A DNA stretch of 64,000 bases from Accumulibacter sp. (GCA_031266435.1 JAISAZ010000103.1:16119-80118), one strand, 5' to 3'. Shown: positions 8,558 through 16,820, counted from the stretch's first letter. The notes: generated by a model from the letters alone, not told the origin. Made by a program: numbers and translations.

Positions 8558-10989
8558 TGGGCATCGACGGTGTCGACCCTTTGCGCCGCGATAAAATCTC
8601 GCGTGCGCAGGCGCTGTTCGGCGAAGGCCTCGCGCGTTCGCGCGCAGGGCGTTTTGCCGAGGCGCGGGAATACTACGAACGCGGCTTGAAACTCTTCCCC
8701 GGTCAGCCCGACGCGGTCTTCCTGCTTGGGGAAACGCATTTCGAACTCGGGAACGCCGCCGAAGGCGAGCGCCTCGTCCGGCGCGCGATCGCCGCAAACC
8801 CGCGCGCCGACAACTACCGCCGCGCGTTTGCGACGCGGCTGTTCAAGGCCGGACGGCTCGACGAAGCGCGGGCGTTTTTTGAAGATGCCGCCCGCCTGAA
8901 CCCCTCCGAGCCGGCGAATCTCTCCGGGCTGGCAAGCGTTCTCGAAGGTGTTGGTCGCTTTGCCGACGCGATTGCCGTATGGCTTCGACTGCTCGAACGC
9001 GCGCCGGCCTCATTGGAAGCGCTCGCCCGCCTTTCGCGCCTGTTCGTCGCGGAGAATCGCGTCCCCGAAGCTTTTGCCATGATTGAGCGCTGGATGAATG
9101 TCGCATCGAACGCTTCGGATGCTTCAGCCTACGCCTTGCGCGCCGAGCTTTACGAGAGCGTTGGGAACGCCACCGCCGCGCTGGCCGATTACGCCGACGC
9201 CGCCGCGCGCGCGCCGGATGACGCGAGCACCCACGCGAAGTACGCGCTGGCGCTCGCAAAGGCCGGAGACGACGACGCGGCGCTCGCGCATTTCGACGCA
9301 TCGGTTCGCCTCGAACCCCGTAACGCGCTTTTGCACTTCAACCGGGGCGTCGCGTACGCGCGCGCTGGCGTCCGCGACCAAGCCGTGTCGGCTTACGAGA
9401 CGGCGCTCGGACTTCTCACACTCTCGACGGATTTGCCACTGGCGTCGAATACCATGCTCAATTTGGCGAATCTCTATTCCGACCTCGATCGTTGTGACGA
9501 AGCGCGGGCGCTTTATACGCGAATCCTCGCGGCTGAACCCAAAAACGCTGCGGCGCTTTTCAACCTCGGTATGCTGGATCTCGCCGCTGGGCACAAGAAG
9601 GACGCCGTCAAGACGCTCGAACGCGCGCTCGCCGCCGACCCCGACGGCGAATCGGCTGGTTTGGTCGCGGCGCATCTCCTCTTCCAGAAAATGCATCTCT
9701 GCGAATGGGACGGACTGGAGGATTTGACCCGCCGCGTGATTCACGCGGTCGAGAACGATACGGCCGACGTTCCGCCTTTCATCACGCTGTCGATCCCCGG
9801 AACGACGCCGTGTCTCCAGCGGCGATGCGCCGCGAACCACAGTGCCCGACTGAAAAAGCCTGGAATGAGCGTGTTTAGTGAAACGAGGCGCTGTGCCGCG
9901 CCGCGCGAACGCCTGCGCGTCGGCTATCTTTCGTCCTACTTCAAAGCACACGCGATGCCGTGGCTCACAGTCGAAACGCTCGAAGCGCACGACCGCGCGC
10001 GCTTTGAAATCTTCGCGCTTTCTTATGGTGTCGATGACGCTAGTCCGATGCGCACGCGCGTTGTGAACGCCGTCGAGCACTTCGTCGAACTCGCGGGCTT
10101 GCCCGACCGCGACGCCGTCGCGCGCATCGCCGCGCTTGAACTCGACGCGATCGTCGACTGGAATGGTTATACCGAAGGGAATTGCAGCCGCTGGTTGCAA
10201 TATCGCCTCGCGCCGCGCCAGATCAGTTGGATCGGTTATCCCGGAACGCTCGACGCGCCGTGGGTCGAGTTTTTGATCGCCGACGTGCACGTCGCGCCGC
10301 CGGAAAACGACTCGTTGTTCAGCGAGCGCGTCGTTCGCCTGCCGGGTTGCTATTTGCCGAACTGCCGCGCGCGCGAATGCGCGCCCGTACCGACGCGCGC
10401 GGAAGAGGGCTTGCCCGAAGGCGCGCTCGTTCTCTGCTCGTTCAACCAGACGGTCAAGATTACGCCGGAGATGTTTGCGCTTTGGATCGGCCTCCTCGGT
10501 GAATTCCCCGAAACGGTTCTTTGGCTCTGGGCGTCGAACCGCTGGGCAGAGGCTTCGCTTCGCCGAGTCGCCGAAGCCGCGGGACTCGTGCCCTCACGCG
10601 TCGTTTTTGCCGAAAGCCGACCGCAGGCCGAACACCTCGCGCGCTTGCCGCTCGCCGACCTCGCGCTCGACACCTTCCCGTGCAACGGGCATACGACAAG
10701 CTCCGACGCGCTCTGGGCCGGCGTCCCCGTCGTGACGCTCGAAGGCGAGGCTTTCGCCTCGCGCGTCGCGGGTAGCCTGCTACACGCCGCCGGATTGCCC
10801 GAACTCGTCGCGCCCGACACGGCGGCGTATCGCGCGATCGTCCGGCGCTTTTGCCGCGATCAAGGCTTCAGGGACGGCGTCTCGAACAAGGCGCGCGCGC
10901 TGCGCGAGACTTCCGACCTCTTCGATAGCGCGAAGTTCGCGCGCAAGCTCGAAGCGTGCTTCGAGGAGATTTGCTTGGGGGAGGGGTGA
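8557..10989 (+). CDS. TPR O-linked GlcNAc transferase-like protein (GT41/SPINDLY family)
   Basis: TPRs, then RLRVGYLSS.F..H and DLALDTFPCNGHTTSSDALWAGVPVVTLEGEAFASRVAGSLL; TGATG overlap with the upstream gene. Confidence 0.9.
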   Translation: MGIDGVDPLRRDKISRAQALFGEGLARSRAGRFAEAREYYERGLKLFPGQPDAVFLLGETHFELGNAAEGERLVRRAIAANPRADNYRRAFATRLFKAGRLDEARAFFEDAARLNPSEPANLSGLASVLEGVGRFADAIAVWLRLLERAPASLEALARLSRLFVAENRVPEAFAMIERWMNVASNASDASAYALRAELYESVGNATAALADYADAAARAPDDASTHAKYALALAKAGDDDAALAHFDASVRLEPRNALLHFNRGVAYARAGVRDQAVSAYETALGLLTLSTDLPLASNTMLNLANLYSDLDRCDEARALYTRILAAEPKNAAALFNLGMLDLAAGHKKDAVKTLERALAADPDGESAGLVAAHLLFQKMHLCEWDGLEDLTRRVIHAVENDTADVPPFITLSIPGTTPCLQRRCAANHSARLKKPGMSVFSETRRCAAPRERLRVGYLSSYFKAHAMPWLTVETLEAHDRARFEIFALSYGVDDASPMRTRVVNAVEHFVELAGLPDRDAVARIAALELDAIVDWNGYTEGNCSRWLQYRLAPRQISWIGYPGTLDAPWVEFLIADVHVAPPENDSLFSERVVRLPGCYLPNCRARECAPVPTRAEEGLPEGALVLCSFNQTVKITPEMFALWIGLLGEFPETVLWLWASNRWAEASLRRVAEAAGLVPSRVVFAESRPQAEHLARLPLADLALDTFPCNGHTTSSDALWAGVPVVTLEGEAFASRVAGSLLHAAGLPELVAPDTAAYRAIVRRFCRDQGFRDGVSNKARALRETSDLFDSAKFARKLEACFEEICLGEG

Positions 10990-11535
10990 TTCAGGAGACA
11001 GGAGACAGAGGACAGAAGACAGAGGACAGAAGACAGATCAGTTAGCGGCGGCTTCGCCACCGGAGAAGAGCTTTTTCAACCCGCCTCGGAAACGTTGGGC
11101 ATCGCTTCGCTCACCCCAACCTATGGCATCTCCGCTCCGTTCTCGGCGGTATAGGTTGGGCTGCGGCGAAGCAAAGCCCAACGTTCCGTATGCGCATATC
11201 ATGTATCAGATGTCAGGAATCTGGAATCAGATGAAAACCGATCGGTGTATCAAAGATTCTTCTCCGGCCGAAGGCCGCAAGAATTCTCTGTCTCCCGACC
11301 TCTGTCTCCTGTCTCCTGAACCAACCCGCCTCGCGATCGTTGGGCTTCGCTCCGTTCTCGGCGGTATAGGTTGGTGGTGAGCGAAGCGAACCCCAACGAT
11401 TCCGTATGCGTATATCAGGGATCAGGAATCAGAGGACAGGAATCAGATCAGTCAGCGGCGGCTTCGCCACCGGTAAGCGCTTTTTCACGCCGCCCCGGAA
11501 ATGTTGGGCATCGCTGCGCTCTGCCCAACCTATGC
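10990..11535. repeat. Mosaic repeat cluster C2
   Basis: Heptamer arrays (GACAGAG/GACAGAA) start right after the stop codon; module F CAGATCAGTYAGCGGCGGCTTCGCCACCGG at 11034 and 11444; REP-A at 11094(-), 11150(+), 11365(+), 11503(-); GGCCGAAGGCC at 11266; inverted heptamers 11286-11319. Confidence 0.9.
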
Positions 11536-11618
11536 GAGTTATGGGGGCGGACTGGCGGGTTATAGGGGCTTGAAGAGAAGAAATATCTGTGTTAAAAACC
11601 GAAGGAAAGGAGAGCGAA

Positions 11619-11822
11619 ATGGCTGACGAAAGTACGACCGTTGAAAACGAAAGACTCATTCACATCCGACGAATCGACGCGGAAATATCGAAGATATTTA
11701 CCGAAATCGAAGAAATGCGCGCCGAAACGATGAAAATCCAAACAGAATCAAAATGGCATCCTTTTGTCGTAGTTGCCGGAATCTTCGGCGCCGCCATCGC
11801 CATCGTTAAACTTTTTGTCTGA
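11619..11822 (+). CDS. Small hypothetical protein (67 aa), coiled coil plus C-terminal membrane anchor
   Basis: GGAG RBS then ATG 11619; heptad-like RIDAEISKIFTEIEEMRAETMKIQTE followed by hydrophobic WHPFVVVAGIFGAAIAIVKLFV. Confidence 0.7.
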   Translation: MADESTTVENERLIHIRRIDAEISKIFTEIEEMRAETMKIQTESKWHPFVVVAGIFGAAIAIVKLFV

Positions 11823-12005
11823 TTCCTTTTCCAGTTCGCCACGGTCGACTTCGTCTTGCCGTAAAGATGTGGGGGACGTGGCGAACCCCAAACCGTACGC
11901 TTTTTCATGCCGCCCCGCGATTGTTGGGGTTCGCTCCGTTCTTGGCGGTATAGGTTGGGCTGCGGCGAAGCAAAGCCCAACGTTCCGCATACGCATGAAT
12001 GATGG
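11822..12005. repeat. Mosaic repeat cluster C2b (truncated inverted MITE arm + REP-A)
   Basis: 11822-11863 ATTCCTTTTCCAGTTCGCCACGGTCGACTTCGTCTTGCCGTA matches one arm of the 1611/54127 element in opposite orientation; half REP-A at 11923, full REP-A at 11949-11981. Confidence 0.85.
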
Positions 12006-12056
12006 TGGGTAGGGGGGCGGGGTACACGATAATCACTCGGTGTGGGAGGGTAGAAA

Positions 12057-12911
12057 ATGGATGACGAGCATCTTTTTGGAGGGGTTTGGACGCGTACGAA
12101 ACTTGATGCGCTGGAAAAATATCTCGCCGCTTTCAATACGGCGCTGAGCAAACAGAATTTCAAACGGATTTACATTGATGCGTTTGCGGGTAGCGGATGG
12201 TGTGACATCACGGAAGGCAGCCAAAAAACGCGGATCGACGGCTCGGCAAGGCGCGCGTTGAACGTTTCACCCCCTTTCAATACGCATTATCTTATCGAGT
12301 TGGCGCAAAAGAAGCTGGCGGCGTTGAGGGCGATGAAGGCCGAATACCCGGGAAAATCGATTGAAATCATTCACGGCGACGCCAATATTGAATTGAAGAG
12401 GCTGTGTAAAAAATACTCTTGGCACGACGAACGCGCCGTTCTATTTCTCGACCCCTATGGAATGAAAGTAGAGTGGGAGACGCTGAAAGCGGTTGCCGGA
12501 ACGCATGCGATCGACGTCTGGTATCTATTCCCTTATTCGGCGTATTACCGTCAAGCCGCGAAAGACGCGAATGCAATGGATTCTGGAAAACAGGAAGCCA
12601 TTACCCGTTTGCTGGGAACAGAGGAGTGGCGGCAGGTATTTTACGTCCCGAAACGGCAACCCGACCTCTTTGATGCGAATAGCGGAGACGAGCGGGAAGC
12701 CGGTCATTCCGAGATGCTGGATTTCGTATCGGGCCGCTTGCGCGAAATATTTCCCGCAGTACTGGAACCAAAAATTCTGTATCAGGGAGGCGATTCCAGG
12801 AACCCGCACGGCGCGCCGCTCTTTGCGCTTTATTTCGCGGCGTCGAATCCAAAACCCGCAGCGTATAAACTTGCGAAAAAGATCGCCAAGGATGTTCTCG
12901 ACGCGCTATGA
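12057..12911 (+). CDS. tcmP: Three-Cys-motif partner protein TcmP (SAM-dependent methyltransferase-like fold)
   Basis: WTRTKLDALEKYL, YIDAFAGSG, GDAN, AVLFLDPYGMKVEWETL..IDVWYLFP, LYFAASN motifs typical of the family; next to DUF5131. Confidence 0.88.
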   Translation: MDDEHLFGGVWTRTKLDALEKYLAAFNTALSKQNFKRIYIDAFAGSGWCDITEGSQKTRIDGSARRALNVSPPFNTHYLIELAQKKLAALRAMKAEYPGKSIEIIHGDANIELKRLCKKYSWHDERAVLFLDPYGMKVEWETLKAVAGTHAIDVWYLFPYSAYYRQAAKDANAMDSGKQEAITRLLGTEEWRQVFYVPKRQPDLFDANSGDEREAGHSEMLDFVSGRLREIFPAVLEPKILYQGGDSRNPHGAPLFALYFAASNPKPAAYKLAKKIAKDVLDAL

Positions 12912-13655
12912 CACGACCGGCGATGTTTGCGGATAACTGCTCCAGATGCGTCCCTGAAATGTGCGTCCGTTGGCTTTTTTATGCCGTTTGACTCCATCCG
13001 CACCCCATCCGCCCCACTGTTTGAAGAAAAAAGCGGTATTCACCGCATCCGCTTGGCGTTTTATATTTTCGACCCATTCCGACCTCATCGGGCGGGCTTT
13101 GGGTCCCGATTCACCGCCGACGATCACCCAATGAATCCCATCGAGGTTTATTTCTCCCAGATTTTCCAGCAAGGGCTCAATGGACAAAAAACGAATGCGT
13201 GCACTCACTTTGCGTAGATAATCGATGCGTGGCACCCCATACTTCCGGTCTTCCACGGAAACACCCAGCCAGACGTTGTTTGGACAGATACGATCCTTGA
13301 AGTATACGGGCAGACGTTCGGCGCGTTTGGTTAATATTTGATACGTGTGCTGCGGCGTCTGGCGGATCACATCGAATACCCGATCAAGGAATTCATCGGG
13401 AATCCCCTTGTGGAAGAGATCGCTCATCGAATTGACGAAATAAATGGTCGGTTTTCTTCGTTGCAAAGGCTGGGTAAGCCGCTCGGGCAGAATAGTCAGG
13501 TTGAAACCGTCACGATAACCCGGTACTCCCATGGCGCGGAGCCGATGGGCCATTACCTCGGCGTAGCAATGCGTACAAGCGGGAGAAATTTTCGTACACC
13601 CCGTTGTCGGGTTCCACGTTTGCTCCGTCCACTCGATTTGTGATTGTGTCGCCAT
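12906..13655 (-). CDS. DUF5131 (phage Gp37Gp68) family protein, radical-SAM-like three-Cys motif
   Basis: SQIEWTEQTWNPTTGCTKISPACTHCYAE, FVNSMSDLFH, QILTKRAER, VWLGVSVE, FLSIEPLL, WVIVGGESGPKARPM, FFFKQWGG. Confidence 0.92.
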   Translation of the reverse strand: MATQSQIEWTEQTWNPTTGCTKISPACTHCYAEVMAHRLRAMGVPGYRDGFNLTILPERLTQPLQRRKPTIYFVNSMSDLFHKGIPDEFLDRVFDVIRQTPQHTYQILTKRAERLPVYFKDRICPNNVWLGVSVEDRKYGVPRIDYLRKVSARIRFLSIEPLLENLGEINLDGIHWVIVGGESGPKARPMRSEWVENIKRQADAVNTAFFFKQWGGWGADGVKRHKKANGRTFQGRIWSSYPQTSPVVS

Positions 13656-13853
13656 GGTTTTTCCTCTTTTCGCTCATCCTGCACATGGCCGCATGTGAGG
13701 GCATGGATTGTCAAAGAATCGCAGAAAGGGATAGCAAGATTGCCGACACGCGGCGATGGCGCTTATCCGAATAGACGAGATTTTACCCGATGAGGAGTCG
13801 GTTTCGTCATCCGGCGCTTTTGGCGCGATCAAGGCTTCAGGGATGTTGGGGGT

Positions 13854-13906
13854 TTTGGTCAATAAATTGACCAAACCCCTATATTTTGGTTAAAATTTTG
13901 ACCAAA
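13854..13906 (+). promoter_or_regulatory. Twin 22-bp palindromic operators overlapping a sigma-70-type promoter of the XRE gene
   Basis: O1 TTTGGTCAAT-AA-ATTGACCAAA (13854-13875, perfect 10-bp arms); O2 TTTGGTTAAA-AT-TTTGACCAAA (13885-13906, one mismatch); -35 TTGACC 13867-13872, -10 TAAAAT 13891-13896, ATG at 13906. Confidence 0.75.
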
Positions 13907-14565
13907 TGAACACTTCGGGAATCAGCGCCGTTCTGGAACGTCAGTTGCTGTTGCAACTGGGCGACCGGCTCAAGCGTCTGCGGAAAGCGCAGGGGCTTGG
14001 TACGGTCGAGATGGCCGCGAGCGCCGGGATTTCCCGCAACACCTTGCGGGCCGTCGAAACCGGCGACCCTTCTCCCTCGATCGGCGCCTATTTGCGCGTA
14101 ATGTCGCTCCTCGGCGTCAGCGGCGAGTTGGCCTTGTTGGCGGGAGATACCCTGCAGCCGCCGCCGGATTCCGAAGCGGCGCGATCCCGACGCGCTATGC
14201 CGCTCGTCAAGGTGCGCGTTTCGGCGGACGAGGCACGACACGCGCTTCAGGACACGCGGAGTCTGGCGCTTCACGAGGAAGCCGTGCGGCTGGTCAAGAC
14301 CGATCCGGCTCTGGTTTTACAGGCACAGGACACCACCAAGCGCTGGCTTGCCACCGGTGACCCGCGTTCCGCAAGCCTGTGGCGCGAATGGCAGAATATC
14401 TTGGGCGTGGGGTCTTGGCGCAAGGCGCTCGCTCGTACGCGGCGCGCTCAACAGTTGCGGCAGGCCTCGCCGCTCGTTACTGTCCTTCCAGAAGAAGTAC
14501 GTCGTCGCATCCTGAATCAGGTGAATGAACTCAAAAAAGGGGTCGACATCACGGGGTTTGCATAG
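13906..14565 (+). CDS. XRE-family helix-turn-helix protein with an additional C-terminal domain
   Basis: LGDRLKRLRKAQGL..VEMAASAGISRNTLRAVETGDPSPSIGAYLRVMSLLG HTH; C-terminal SLALH...W...LRQASPL domain. Confidence 0.85.
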   Translation: MNTSGISAVLERQLLLQLGDRLKRLRKAQGLGTVEMAASAGISRNTLRAVETGDPSPSIGAYLRVMSLLGVSGELALLAGDTLQPPPDSEAARSRRAMPLVKVRVSADEARHALQDTRSLALHEEAVRLVKTDPALVLQAQDTTKRWLATGDPRSASLWREWQNILGVGSWRKALARTRRAQQLRQASPLVTVLPEEVRRRILNQVNELKKGVDITGFA

Positions 14566-14595
14566 CTTGTGAGGCGTAGCGAACCCCAAGCTACG
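14561..14595. repeat. REP-A variant hairpin overlapping the XRE stop codon
   Basis: TAGCTTG (14563-14569) / CAAGCTA (14587-14593) stem with loop TGAGGCGTAGCGAACCC resembling REP-A; reads GTAGCTTGGGG... on the minus strand. Confidence 0.6.
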
Positions 14596-14605
14596 CGGAC
14601 CCCGT

Positions 14606-15334
14606 CTATTCTGCATCCTCCGTCCGGGGCTTTTTGTAGCGAACCTTCTCCGACGCAAAGCGCAGGAGTTGCTCCAGCAGAATATCGGGCGGTTTCGTTC
14701 CGTCGAGACGCAGGTGCGGTTCCAACGGCACCTCGAATGTGGATGATATCCCGGTAAAATCTGGAATCTCGCCGCGCATCGCTTTTGCGTAAAGATTCTT
14801 GGGGTCGCGCTGAATACAGACTTCCAACGGTGTATCGACGAAAATTTCGTAAAGTTCGTCCTCCCGAAAAAGCTCCCGGAGTGCCAGCCTGTCGCGCCGT
14901 AAGGGTGAAATGAACGACGCGAGGACGATCAAGCCGGCGTCGGCCATCAGATGCGCCGCTTCGGACGCGCGGCGTATGTTTTCTGAGCGATCTTCTACTG
15001 AAAAGCCCAGGTCGCGATTCAGCCCGTGCCGCAGGTTGTCGCCGTCGAGAAGATAGACGTGCTTCCCGCGTTCGTACAATGCCTTGCCGAGCAGATTGGC
15101 CATCGTAGACTTTCCTGAAGCGGACAAGCCGACAAACCAAAATACGCAAGGATTCTGGTTTTTTTGGGCGGCGCACGTCGCTTGGTTCAAGTCAAACGTA
15201 TGCCATTGAATGAGTGGTCGCACGTCAGCTCCCGCGTCGGCGTCAATCGTCAACGCGCAGCAGTCTTGCGATTTGCGCGTCCCTTTGGGCAATCTGCGTG
15301 TACAAGGCGTTGTGTGATTTTTTGATACATACAA
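14606..15334 (-). CDS. cysC: Adenylyl-sulfate (APS) kinase; true start may be downstream
   Basis: WFVGLSASGKST P-loop, LDGDNLRHGLNRDLGFS.EDRSENIRR, SFISP, DPKNLYAKA..GEI..FTGI. Confidence 0.92.
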   Translation of the reverse strand: MYVSKNHTTPCTRRLPKGTRKSQDCCALTIDADAGADVRPLIQWHTFDLNQATCAAQKNQNPCVFWFVGLSASGKSTMANLLGKALYERGKHVYLLDGDNLRHGLNRDLGFSVEDRSENIRRASEAAHLMADAGLIVLASFISPLRRDRLALRELFREDELYEIFVDTPLEVCIQRDPKNLYAKAMRGEIPDFTGISSTFEVPLEPHLRLDGTKPPDILLEQLLRFASEKVRYKKPRTEDAE

Positions 15335-15383
15335 TTAAAGTGGTGGCCTCATTCAGAGAACAACAATATCTTGGGAGTGCTTT

Positions 15384-16457
15384 ATGAAAAACGAATCCAT
15401 TTTCCTCCACGCCCTGCCACGTACGTCGAGCACTTACGTTTTTGAGAAACTGCGCCGCCCCGCCTACGACACGTATTGCTACAACGAACCCCATCATGAG
15501 ATCCACGCAACTCTCACTCGAGAACAGGCAAAAAAAGGATCGTCGGCGACTTGGCCGGCCGGGCATCACCCCCCTGATTTCGCGCCTTACTACTTTGAAT
15601 ACCTTCCGCTCCTTCAGGAAAGCGGTGGAACTTTGGCCTATAAACGCGAGTACGGAGTAGCGAATTTCTTTCCGTCGGGGCCGCTATCCGAAGGCGAAAT
15701 CGCTTATTTGCGTCTGCTCGAAGAAAACGCCCGCAAACGAAACCTGCGCCCCGTCTATGGTTTTTGCCATTCGTTCGGTCGTGTCGGACATATTCGAAAA
15801 GCATTTACAGGCGTACACGTCGTACAGTACAGGAACCCGCATCAGGTACTGGCTTCTCTCATGAAGCTTTGTGGTGAAGGGTTTTTTTGTTCCGCCGTCA
15901 AGGAAGCAAAACCCGGATCGCTCCTGGATCGGATCGGCTTTGCGGGACCTGACATTTTGCATGCGGAACTTGACCCCGTTCCAGAGTCGCTTGCCCTCGT
16001 AACGTCGCCCGCGTTGTATGCGCTTTTCTTCGAATTTTACGTGATCGGTGTCATCGCTGGCGCGTTCTACGCCGACTTGCTTTTGAGCGTCGATTTGCTC
16101 GCCCACGACACGGACTACCGCGCGGCGTTTACACGCGATTTTGAAAAGCTGACGGGTATCGCCGTGAATTTCGCCGACGCCAAATTACCTGACAAACACG
16201 AAGGCGCAATTTACAACCCAACTTTCTTTGAAGACGCTATCGAAAAATACGCGGGTTCGGAAGAGCGCCTCAAAGTTTTCAAGAACGCTCTGGAAGCTGT
16301 CAGCGGAACGCCCGTATGCAAATCGATTCAGGACATTCAAGAAATGATTGAGATCTGGAAAACGATCTTCCCTTCTTCAAAATGCGCGGACGACCTAATT
16401 TTATGTATCATAATATTCAAGTTTTCATTCGGTGAAATCGGCGTTCATTTGCCTTGA
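15384..16457 (+). CDS. Sulfotransferase-like protein
   Basis: N-terminal IFLHALPRTSSTYVFEKLR resembles the 5'-phosphosulfate-binding loop, then YNEP and a later RNP motif; divergent from cysC. Confidence 0.6.
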   Translation: MKNESIFLHALPRTSSTYVFEKLRRPAYDTYCYNEPHHEIHATLTREQAKKGSSATWPAGHHPPDFAPYYFEYLPLLQESGGTLAYKREYGVANFFPSGPLSEGEIAYLRLLEENARKRNLRPVYGFCHSFGRVGHIRKAFTGVHVVQYRNPHQVLASLMKLCGEGFFCSAVKEAKPGSLLDRIGFAGPDILHAELDPVPESLALVTSPALYALFFEFYVIGVIAGAFYADLLLSVDLLAHDTDYRAAFTRDFEKLTGIAVNFADAKLPDKHEGAIYNPTFFEDAIEKYAGSEERLKVFKNALEAVSGTPVCKSIQDIQEMIEIWKTIFPSSKCADDLILCIIIFKFSFGEIGVHLP

Positions 16458-16463
16458 AAGCGT

Positions 16464-16820
16464 TCAGCCTGCGCTATAAAACAGGCTACACCCGACGGCC
16501 TCACGCGACAGGCGCTCGATCTGCGCGAGCATTTTTTCTCCTTGCGTTTCCAGGATCAGCGCTCGCGCTTCTTCGCCAAGCCCCACGGCGCGTGCGGCGA
16601 GGTGAAAGTCGAAGAGCGCGGACAAATCGCCGTCCTTGACGGCGAATATACGGAACGCCGCTACGAGATTCTCTTCTCCATCTACCAATGGAGCCGTCGC
16701 GCGCAGGGTTGTCCCCTTCGCGCGGCAGTGCTCTTCGGCGATTTGCAGGAGTTGTTCCGCCGAACAGAAACGCACGGCGGCGCCGTTTTCGATCAGGTAG
16801 TAGAGAGTGCGTCCATCCAT
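16464..16820 (-). CDS. Hypothetical protein (~118 aa)
   Basis: ATG 16820 overlaps the last 28 nt of the large glycosyltransferase; fills the gap to the convergent sulfotransferase; no recognised motif. Confidence 0.4.
   Translation of the reverse strand: MDGRTLYYLIENGAAVRFCSAEQLLQIAEEHCRAKGTTLRATAPLVDGEENLVAAFRIFAVKDGDLSALFDFHLAARAVGLGEEARALILETQGEKMLAQIERLSREAVGCSLFYSAG

Noticed and set aside
10990-12005. CRISPR array interpretation of the recurring ~32-bp palindromic REP-A units
   Set aside because: Copies alternate in orientation, spacing is irregular, intervening sequences are themselves repeated, and no cas genes are present.
12906-13655. Prophage remnant call based on DUF5131 (phage Gp37Gp68)
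   Set aside because: No integrase, structural or replication phage genes nearby; the family is also common in non-phage islands with tcmP.
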